Source: Nitrososphaerota archaeon
Lineage (GTDB): Archaea > Thermoproteota > Nitrososphaeria_A > Caldarchaeales > JAVZCJ01
Reading direction: 5' to 3'
Assembly (NCBI GenBank): GCA_038874475.1
Contig: JAVZCJ010000004.1
Span: 1 to 24,000 of the forward strand
DNA length: 24,000 nt
The notes below the pieces were generated by a model. The model was not told where the DNA came from. It ran no database searches and saw only the letters and a list, made by a program, of their open reading frames with translations. Position 1 is the stretch's first letter, and each line of letters begins with the position of its first letter. The position numbers were made by a program, and so were the translations under genes. Shown in pieces: positions 1 to 7,472 of the stretch.

Positions 1-820
1 GAAACAAGCTTAGAAGTTTCATATATTAAATTTGTTTTTATATTTGTTTTATATCCATATAAAATTTCTAAATTTGCTACAATTTCTTCTAATGCTGCAT
101 TTCCAGCTCTTTCACCTAATCCATTTATTGTTACATGAATTTGAGTTGCTCCTGCTTCTATCCCAGCTAAAGAATTTGCAACAGCCATTCCAAAATCATT
201 ATGGCAATGAACACTAATGGGTTTATTTACAACTTTCTTTAATTCTAGTATTAACTCATAGAATTTCTTTGGTGTCATTATCCCAACAGTATCTGGTACA
301 TTTATTCTATCTACTCCTGCTTTACAAACATTTTCATAAAATTTTTTTAAGAAATCTATGTCCGTTCTTGTTGCATCTTCAGCTGAAAATTCTATAGTCA
401 ATCCATGTGCTTTAGAATAATCTATTGCTTCAATAGCCTTTTCTAAAACTTGTTCTCTAGTCATTTCTAATTTATACTTAAGATGAATATCTGAAGTAGC
501 TATAAATAAATGAATGCTTTTAATATTACAATCTATAACACTATCGATATCACTTTTTGTCGTTCTAGATAAAGCACATATTTCTGCTTTTAGATTTTCA
601 TTAGCTATAAGCTTAATAGCTTCAATTTCTCCTTTAGAAGTTGCTGGAAAGCCTGCTTCTATAACATCTACGCCTAATTTATCCAATTGCTTAGCAATTA
701 TTAATTTTTCTTCAGGAGTTAGAGATACTCCTGGAGTTTGTTCTCCATCTCTTAATGTAGTATCAAATATTCTAATTTGAGGAAAAGAGACACCCCCGAA
801 AGTTTTTTATATTTTATCAT
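1..820 (-). CDS. 2-isopropylmalate synthase / homocitrate synthase / citramalate synthase family (HMGL-like), 5' part only, runs off the window; apparent frameshift near the start
   Basis: Manual reverse-strand translation gives ...RIFDTTLRDGEQTPGVSLTPEEKLIIAKQLDKLGVDVIEAGFPATSKGEIEAIKL... and ...[54 protein letters not shown]..., the family signatures. It sits immediately upstream-to-downstream with leuB/leuD homologs. LeuA vs AksA/CimA function cannot be decided from this fragment. Confidence 0.88.
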
Positions 821-858
821 GTAAAATATTTAAATTTTTCTATAATATTTATATAAAG

Positions 859-1881
859 TTAAAATTCTTTAATAAAAGAAGCTATTTTTAAACCCATTTC
901 TTTTGTTGAAAGTTTTCCTCCTAGATCTTTTGTAGTATAACCTTTTTCAAAAGCTAAAATTAATGCTTTTTCAATAATTTTCGCTGCATCTAGACATTTT
1001 TTATCTCCATATTTTTCATGAAGCCATTCTAACATCATTTTTGATGATAAAATTGTTGAGCTTGGATTAGCTATATTTTTTCCAGCTATATCAAATGCTG
1101 CTCCATGAACAGGCTCAAATAAAGCTTTATCGTAACCTATATTAGCTGAAGGTGCTAAACCTAACCCTCCAACTGTTTGAGCGGCTTCATCACTTAGAAT
1201 ATCTCCAAACATGTTTGTTGTAACTATTACATCAAACTTCTCTGGAGAACGAATAAGCTCCATGGCTGCTGCATCAACATACATTTCTTCGTATTTAATA
1301 TTTGGATATTGTTTAGATGCCTCTCTACAAGCTTCGGCAAATAAACCGCATGTAGCTTTTAAAACATTCGATTTATGAACTGCTGTTACTTTCAGCTTCC
1401 TTTTGGAAGCTTCTTTAAAAGCATATTGTGCTATACGCAAAGATGCCTTTTTGGTTATTATTCTCATACCTATTGCTACTTCTTCACTTATTCTATATTC
1501 AAAACCTTTATAAAGACACTCAGTATTTTCTCTAACTATAAGTAAATCTATGTTAGGTTTAAGAGATGGAATATTTGGATAAGATTTTGCAGGTCTTAAA
1601 TTAGCATATAAATTTAAGAGCTGCCTAAGCTTAACTATAACTTCTGCAGCTGTTTCTCCTACTGGGCCTTTAAGAGTAGCATCAGCTTTTTCGATAGCTT
1701 TGATAGTTTCTTCAGGTAAGGCAATTCCATATTTTTTAAAACAATTATCTCCAGCTTCTAAGAAAGAATACTTAAATTTTAAATTTAATTTTTCTTGAAT
1801 AGCATCTAAAACTATTAAAGTTGCTTCAATTTGCTCAGGTCCTATACCATCTCCAGGTATTATTGCTATATCATAAACCAT
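859..1881 (-). CDS. Isopropylmalate / homoisocitrate / isocitrate dehydrogenase family (LeuB/AksF-like)
   Basis: 340 aa ORF: YDIAIIPGDGIGPE, RENTECLYKGFE, TNMFGDILSDEAAQTVGGLGLAPSANIG, FEPVHGAAFDIAGKNIANP. Confidence 0.92.
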   Translation of the reverse strand: MVYDIAIIPGDGIGPEQIEATLIVLDAIQEKLNLKFKYSFLEAGDNCFKKYGIALPEETIKAIEKADATLKGPVGETAAEVIVKLRQLLNLYANLRPAKSYPNIPSLKPNIDLLIVRENTECLYKGFEYRISEEVAIGMRIITKKASLRIAQYAFKEASKRKLKVTAVHKSNVLKATCGLFAEACREASKQYPNIKYEEMYVDAAAMELIRSPEKFDVIVTTNMFGDILSDEAAQTVGGLGLAPSANIGYDKALFEPVHGAAFDIAGKNIANPSSTILSSKMMLEWLHEKYGDKKCLDAAKIIEKALILAFEKGYTTKDLGGKLSTKEMGLKIASFIKEF

Positions 1882-2375
1882 TATAACTTACCTTTATTTT
1901 TTATATGATTTATTAATCCATCATCTTTAATTATTTCAATGATTATTTCTGGTAAAGGTTTAATTTGATATTCTTCTTTTTTACTTTCATTTAAAATTAA
2001 TCCTTTAGACAAATCTATTGTTATATCATCGTCATTATTTATTTTTTCCAAAGCTTTAGGGAGTTCTAATACTGGTAAACCAATATTTATAGCATTCCTA
2101 TAGAATATTCTTGCAAAACCCTCAGCAATAATACATTTTACTCCAGAAAATTTTAAAGCTAAAGCTGCTTCTTCTCTGCTTGAACCACATCCAAAGTTTT
2201 TTCCAGCTATTAAAATACCTTTTTTAGAAATTTTTTCTGGAAATTCTTTATCTATGCCTTCCATTGCATGTTTCCCCAACTCATTTGGATCTGTTATTCC
2301 AAGATATTTTCCTGGGAGAATAACATCCGTATCTATGTTATCTCCATATTTTATAGCTTTACCTTTAAAGATCAT
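1881..2375 (-). CDS. 3-isopropylmalate / homoaconitate dehydratase small subunit (LeuD/HacB-like)
   Basis: 164 aa ORF: GDNIDTDVILPGKYLG, GKNFGCGSSREEAALALKFSGVKCIIAEGFARIFYRNAINIGLP. One-nt overlap with the downstream leuB-like ORF. Confidence 0.92.
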   Translation of the reverse strand: MIFKGKAIKYGDNIDTDVILPGKYLGITDPNELGKHAMEGIDKEFPEKISKKGILIAGKNFGCGSSREEAALALKFSGVKCIIAEGFARIFYRNAINIGLPVLELPKALEKINNDDDITIDLSKGLILNESKKEEYQIKPLPEIIIEIIKDDGLINHIKNKGKL

Positions 2376-2466
2376 TCTGTACGCCCTCCATTAGCTCTTA
2401 ATACATATTTTTTATTCTATATAGGTTTTCATTAATTTTTATAAAATATTTAAATCATAAATAGTA

Positions 2467-2838
2467 TCATTTATGTGTATATGGTATGAGGCAGAGAAGC
2501 TTTACTATTCTCTTACCTGTATTTCTGAATTGATGTTTTTCTCCAGGAGGTATAAAGACAACATCTCCTTCCTTAAATTTTTTCTCTTTATCTCCACCAA
2601 TTACCATTCCTTCTCCCTCTAGAATGAATACTTCATGTTCCCAAGGATGCTCATGGAGAGGAGTGTAACCTCCTGACTCTATCTCAAATAACCTCATAGC
2701 AAAATTTTCAGCTCCTATCTCTTTAGTAATTAGCCATCTTACTTTTACCTTTAATGCTCCTTCCTCAGCTTCTATTGCCTTGACACTTTGATAAGGAAAT
2801 ACTTGCATTATCTCACACCTTCTTTTCTTAAATAACAC
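2467..2838 (-). CDS. Small single-domain cupin protein
   Basis: 123 aa ORF with cupin motif HEHPWEHEVFILEGEGMVIGGDKEKKFKEGDVVFIPPGEKHQFRNTG. An alternative start at the internal Met (MQVFPYQS, about 2808) is possible. Confidence 0.85.
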   Translation of the reverse strand: MLFKKRRCEIMQVFPYQSVKAIEAEEGALKVKVRWLITKEIGAENFAMRLFEIESGGYTPLHEHPWEHEVFILEGEGMVIGGDKEKKFKEGDVVFIPPGEKHQFRNTGKRIVKLLCLIPYTHK

Positions 2839-3037
2839 ATGACTTAGAACTCTTCTATCAAAAACTCTTATTTAAACCTTTTAATAATTTATCTTTGAAC
2901 TAAAGTTCTAAGTTCTTGTCGATTTTTTCTGAAAGAAATAGCCTTTTTAATATAAGCACAGAATTTCTAATTATAGGATAAAAACATGGTTTTAAAATAT
3001 ACAGCCATAAGGATTGAATGGTATTGAAGAAGTTAAT

Positions 3038-4303
3038 TTAAAACAAGTATCTCCTAGGATCCGTTATTCTTCCAGTTATTGCAGATGCTATAACAGTAGC
3101 TGGAGATGCTAAATAAACTTTAGCTTTCGTACTTCCCATTCTTCCTATAAAGTTTCTATTAATAGACGCTATACAAGTTTCTTCATCAGCCAATATTCCC
3201 ATATGCGTTCCTATACAAGCTCCACATGTTGGATTACAAACCAATGCCCCGGCTTTTATGAAGATATCTATTAAACCTTCTTTTAAAGCATTTAAATAAA
3301 TTTCTTGAGAAGCTGGCACAATTATTGTTCTTACATTTTCATTAATTTTTCTATTTTTAACAATTTTTGCAACTAATCTTAAATCTTCTAATCTACCATT
3401 TGTGCATGAACCAATATAAGCTTGATCTATTTCTATTCCTTCTACTTCACTTATAGGTTTAACATTATCAACAGAGCTAGGACAAGCAACTTGAGGTTCA
3501 AGTTTTGAAACATTAAAATCAATTATTTCAGAAAATTCAGCATTAGGATCGCTTTTACAATTCAAATCAATTAATATGTTCTTTTCTTTAAAGTATTGTT
3601 CTGTAATTTTATCTGGCTCAACTATTCCTGTTTTAGCACCCATTTCAACAGCCATATTGCACATAGCCATTCTGCTATCTATTGTCATATTTTCTACTGC
3701 TTCCCCACTAAATATTACAGCCTTATAAACCGCTCCATCAACACTTAATTTGCCTATGATATACAAAATAACATCCTTAGAAGTTATTGGCTCTTTAATT
3801 TTTCCATTTATATTGATTTTCATTGTTTCAGGTACTTTAAGCCATGTTTCTCCTGTTAAAAGTATTGCTGCTACATCTGTAGCTCCCATACCTGTAGCAA
3901 ATGATCCTACAGCTCCATAAGTGCATGTATGAGAATCTGCACCTATTATAAGTTCTCCTGGTATAGCATGCCCTTTCTCAACCATTATTTGATGGCAAAT
4001 TCCTCCTCTGCCTATATCATAAAAATTTTTTATTCCTTGTTCAAAAACAAATTCTCTAATATTTTTCTGATTAAGTGCAGCTCTTTCATTATTTGCTGGA
4101 ACAAGATGATCAAATATAACAATTATTCTTTCAGGATCCCAAACTTTTTTTCCATTCATTTCTTTAAAGCTTTTTAAAGTTAAAGGACCTGTTAAATCAT
4201 GAAACATTACTTTATCTACTTTAGCTTTAATTATTTCACCAGCTTCAACTTTTTCTTTTCCAGCTGCTTTAGATAATATTTTTTCTACAATATTTGAATA
4301 CAT
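3038..4303 (-). CDS. 3-isopropylmalate / homoaconitate dehydratase large subunit (LeuC/HacA-like)
   Basis: 421 aa ORF: VMFHDLTGPLTLKSF, GADSHTCTYGAVGSFATGMGATDVA, YIGSCTNGRLEDLRL, NPTCGACIGTHMGILADEETCIASINRNFIGRMGS. Confidence 0.93.
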   Translation of the reverse strand: MYSNIVEKILSKAAGKEKVEAGEIIKAKVDKVMFHDLTGPLTLKSFKEMNGKKVWDPERIIVIFDHLVPANNERAALNQKNIREFVFEQGIKNFYDIGRGGICHQIMVEKGHAIPGELIIGADSHTCTYGAVGSFATGMGATDVAAILLTGETWLKVPETMKININGKIKEPITSKDVILYIIGKLSVDGAVYKAVIFSGEAVENMTIDSRMAMCNMAVEMGAKTGIVEPDKITEQYFKEKNILIDLNCKSDPNAEFSEIIDFNVSKLEPQVACPSSVDNVKPISEVEGIEIDQAYIGSCTNGRLEDLRLVAKIVKNRKINENVRTIIVPASQEIYLNALKEGLIDIFIKAGALVCNPTCGACIGTHMGILADEETCIASINRNFIGRMGSTKAKVYLASPATVIASAITGRITDPRRYLF

Positions 4304-4441
4304 TGCAAATTTCCCTATGGATTATCTGGCTAAATTTTTTAACTAATTATAAAAACCTTTCTAAATAAATTTTTCCCTTTTTTATTTAAACTAAAATTTT
4401 TCAATAGTAAAAATGATTAAAAGAATGAAGAAGATTTAAAA

Positions 4442-5269
4442 TTATTTTTTAGTTTTATTAATTGGAATAAAGTTTAATAATATGCCACTAAAAGTCATGG
4501 AAAAACCACAAACAATGAACATATTTTTTATTAAATCTATTGTTAATGAAGCTACTTCAGGTTTGTATCTAATCGTTAATCCATTATAGATTATATTTAC
4601 TAAAGGTGTAAAATAGAGTGATAAACCTAAAAGAAGCATTATTATTCCAGGTAAAAGTATAGATAATATGAAAAATTTTGCTGGGAATTCTCGACTTAAG
4701 CTTGCATTTCTTACATCTATTGGAGTAATGTTTGGTAAAGCTATTGCTGAAATTTTTATCAAAAATGGCGTTAAAAGAAGCATAAATGGAAGCATTGTTA
4801 CAAACCACCAAATTATTAAAGAAATTGAGAGAAGAACTATGCCATTTATTGAAAGATTTAATCCAAATAGAAAGTTTATTGTTGGAACATATAGAAAAGC
4901 CACAATAGAATTTGCAATTATAAGTACGAAAATAGATGAAGAAATGAATCTTTTCCAATTGAATTTTCCTTTAAGAAGCCATCCATATAAATAGAAGCCG
5001 ATGAAATTTCCAGGAACAGCAGCTACTAAACTTGGTATATAAAGAGTGCCATGCTTTAATGAATCGCATAGAAATGTTCCTATTGCAGCTCCAAGTCCAG
5101 CCGGTATTGGGCCAAATATTATTGCAAAAAATGCGGGTATAATAATCGCAGGTCTAAATTGTCCATAGCCCCAAGGAGATGAAATATATGCTGTTAAATA
5201 AGATCCACTAGCATATAATGCGGCGCAAAAAGCAGTTGCAGATATTATTAGTGATTTTGATTTGACCAT
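4442..5269 (-). CDS. ECF-type transporter substrate-binding (S) component family membrane protein
   Basis: 275 aa hydrophobic ORF with FRPAIIIPAFFAIIFGPIPAGLGAAIGTFLCD and multiple TM segments. Confidence 0.65.
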   Translation of the reverse strand: MVKSKSLIISATAFCAALYASGSYLTAYISSPWGYGQFRPAIIIPAFFAIIFGPIPAGLGAAIGTFLCDSLKHGTLYIPSLVAAVPGNFIGFYLYGWLLKGKFNWKRFISSSIFVLIIANSIVAFLYVPTINFLFGLNLSINGIVLLSISLIIWWFVTMLPFMLLLTPFLIKISAIALPNITPIDVRNASLSREFPAKFFILSILLPGIIMLLLGLSLYFTPLVNIIYNGLTIRYKPEVASLTIDLIKNMFIVCGFSMTFSGILLNFIPINKTKK

Positions 5270-5526
5270 ATTATTTTCTTTGATTATGAAATAAGCATTA
5301 AAATTTAAGTATTTTCTACATAATCTATAGAAAATATATACTTGTTTTAAGCTTAACTACTAGTGTTACTAAATGCCAAAAATAATTAATAAACACAATA
5401 ATTATTGCAAAATTGTTTAAAAAATAAAATTATTAAGTATGTTTTTAATAAAGTTAAAGTAAAAATATTCTATAATTAATAAAAAGAAAAAGGTAGAAGA
5501 ATATTGAACGATCATATTGCAATTTT

Positions 5527-6384
5527 TTATTTCTTCTTTACTATTAAAAATGGAAGACTCAACGCCAGTAATATTGCTACCAATAAAGTTAGGAAATATG
5601 ATGCCCAATTTCCTTCTTGTGGCACTATTGGTTCTTTAGGCATAGCAATAGAAATTGTGTAAGGTATTATTTCTGTTTTTATTTCTATTCTTGGCGTAGT
5701 CATGGTTGTTGTTCCTGTTATTGTTTCGGTAATCTTTTCTTCTTCAATTTTTGGAATTGTTATCGTTGAATATTCGTATTCTGTAATATATCGTGGATAT
5801 TTCAAAGCTACTGTTCTATATTTCGTTAAATATTTTGTTATTGTTGTAGGATTTTCAATCGTATGAATTATAGTTTTAGTTCCAGATACAATATCTGTTG
5901 AATATTCTGTTAATGTAGTAACTCCTGTTATTGTTTCAGTAGAAGTTGAAGTCTCAGTATTTGTTAGAACTTTAATTGTAGTTGTTAATTCTATTTCGGT
6001 TATTGTGGTAGAGATTCTTTCGGTTTTTATTTCTTCTTGAGTGGTTGTAGTAGTAATAGTTTGAATTTCTGTTGTGGTTGTTGCTATTGTTATTGTTGAA
6101 TTTGCAGTAATGGTTGGGGTGATTGTTGCTATTTCAGTCGTAATTTCGATTATAGTTGTTGTAGGTGTTGCCGTTGTAGTTTCAGTAATAGTAGGAGGTT
6201 TAAAAACAATAACAGTTTCATGCCAAGGTGGTTCTATTGTTGTCTCAAAAGTTATAGTTGTTGTAGGTTTTGATGGTGGAGCATTTACTCCTACAATAAA
6301 ATTTGAAAGTAGAGTATGACTGATTAATACTGAAATTAATATTATAATTAATGTATTTATTGCAGTTTTCCTATTTTTATTCAT
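5527..6384 (-). CDS. Predicted secreted, cell-surface-anchored Thr/Ser-rich stalk protein
   Basis: The track ORF runs 5527..6447, but the likely start is the internal Met (MNKNRKTAINTLIIILISVL) at about 6384, preceded by a GAGGTGA SD-like sequence. N-terminal hydrophobic segment, long Thr-rich low-complexity middle, C-terminal TM segment ending in KKK. Confidence 0.7.
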   Translation of the reverse strand: MNKNRKTAINTLIIILISVLISHTLLSNFIVGVNAPPSKPTTTITFETTIEPPWHETVIVFKPPTITETTTATPTTTIIEITTEIATITPTITANSTITIATTTTEIQTITTTTTQEEIKTERISTTITEIELTTTIKVLTNTETSTSTETITGVTTLTEYSTDIVSGTKTIIHTIENPTTITKYLTKYRTVALKYPRYITEYEYSTITIPKIEEEKITETITGTTTMTTPRIEIKTEIIPYTISIAMPKEPIVPQEGNWASYFLTLLVAILLALSLPFLIVKKK

Positions 6385-6445
6385 TTTTCTTTTTTCACCT
6401 CTAAACTTCCCCATGCTATTCAAACATGAGTTTAAAATTTTCCTC

Positions 6446-6488
6446 AAAAAGTACCTTGCTTTTTTATTGTTACAAAAAGGTACTTTTT
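6446..6488. repeat. Perfect 12-nt inverted repeat (AAAAAGTACCTT ... AAGGTACTTTTT)
   Basis: Arms at 6446-6457 and 6477-6488, separated by 19 nt, T-runs flanking. Confidence 0.8.
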
Positions 6489-7054
6489 TTATAAAATTGC
6501 GGCTAGGTTACACCTCTAATATCACTTCATTAATTGTTAAATCATACCATTTGAACCCATATATATACTTTTGTGTTTTGTTGGTGATTTGTTGATGACA
6601 CACATGTACATTATAGAAGTGATTTGGGAAAACTATAGAAATCTTATTAAAAGATGATATTATTTCTCGAATGTATTTTAAAAGTATATCCTAAAATATG
6701 AAAATCTTCTTTATGATACATTAAATAAAAATTTATTTTTTATATTTCATTTTTTTAGCAATTTTTAATGAAGAAAAATATTAAAGCAACATCGGGGACT
6801 TTTTTCTTTTAATTTATTTTTCAATTTCCTTGATTATGAATAATATTTTTAAAGAATTTGTTAATAATATTATTGGTATTCATTTCTATTTTAGTATTTA
6901 CAACACTAAATTGCGCTAAAAATCCTTTTTTCCTAGTTTTTTATACTTTTTTCATAATGTCAACTTTTTTGTATTTAAAAGCTTTAATTTCTTTGGTTAT
7001 TTTGCTTAATTTTAGTAAAAATACTCTTAATTGAATTTTTTTATTAAAAAATAT

Positions 7055-7069
7055 TGAAAAATATATATT
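7055..7069 (+). promoter_or_regulatory. Candidate archaeal TATA element upstream of the structured RNA
   Basis: AAAAATATATATTTT about 25-30 nt upstream of the start of the GC-rich element at about 7091. Confidence 0.35.
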
Positions 7070-7090
7070 TTCCCAAAAATAAATAAGCAA

Positions 7091-7240
7091 TGAGGCCTAG
7101 GTGAGGTAGAAAAGATATATATTACCGATTCTGGTAGCCTGAGGGCCTGTGGAGCCCTTCGCTGGGGTTCAAAAATTGTGGGGGATATGTCCCTCACAAT
7201 TGAACATATCCCCACCTAGGCCCTTAATTAAGAGGCTCTT
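7091..7240 (+). ncRNA. Unassigned GC-rich structured RNA candidate
   Basis: GC-rich island in very AT-rich intergenic DNA. Perfect 10-bp closing stem GGCCTAGGTG (7094-7103) / CACCTAGGCC (7213-7222), with internal hairpins. A short T-run follows (about 7239-7243). Strand inferred only from the upstream TATA-like element. Confidence 0.6.
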
Positions 7241-7397
7241 TTTAAAAAAATTTACATATGAAACAATATTTTTTCTTTTATAAAATTAAGGAATAAACCA
7301 TACCAAAAATATCCTATACTATTCTTTAAGAAAAAAGTTTTAAGTAAAACATTTCTTACAAATTGTCATTCTTTTTTTTAAAAAAAGAACCTTTAAG

Positions 7398-7472
7398 CGG
7401 GCCCGGCGGGACTTGAACCCGCGACTTGCGGCTCCGCAGGCCGCTGCCCTATCCATTCTAGGCCACGGGCCC
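7398..7472 (-). tRNA. tRNA-Arg (anticodon GCG), CCA not encoded
   Basis: Full cloverleaf on minus strand: acceptor GGGCCCG/CGGGCCC, D arm GCC..GGC, anticodon arm GCGGC-CTGCGGA-GCCGC, variable AAGTC, T arm GCGGG-TTCAAGT-CCCGC, discriminator G. Confidence 0.95.

Noticed and set aside
514-780. Track ORF 514..780 (plus)
   Set aside because: Antisense to the strongly supported leuA/aksA-like gene.
3929-4177. Plus-strand ORF antisense to leuC-like gene
   Set aside because: Chance ORF from codon bias of the opposite strand; no recognisable domain. The same applies to 4584..4958, 4668..4994, 6074..6319, 7657..8064, 7707..7901, 8146..8373, 9115..9393, 9858..10109, 13486..13926, 14865..15197, 17138..17365, 18015..18236, 18440..18751 and 19803..20000.
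5800-6250. Repetitive GTT/GTA-rich DNA as a possible tandem repeat or CRISPR-like array
   Set aside because: No regular repeat-spacer spacing; explained by Thr-codon-rich low-complexity coding sequence on the minus strand.
7160-7215. tRNA-like T-loop GGGGTTCAAAAA in the RNA island
   Set aside because: No matching acceptor, D or anticodon arms could be assembled around it on the plus strand.
7027-7215. Track ORF 7027..7215 (minus)
   Set aside because: It coincides with the structured GC-rich element; no conserved protein features. Likely chance ORF over ncRNA.
7091-7225. Possible 5S rRNA (size about 130 nt, strong terminal helix)
   Set aside because: Neither strand contains the conserved loop C/helix III sequence (CGAAC..GGAAGTTAAG-like) or the helix IV/loop E pattern.
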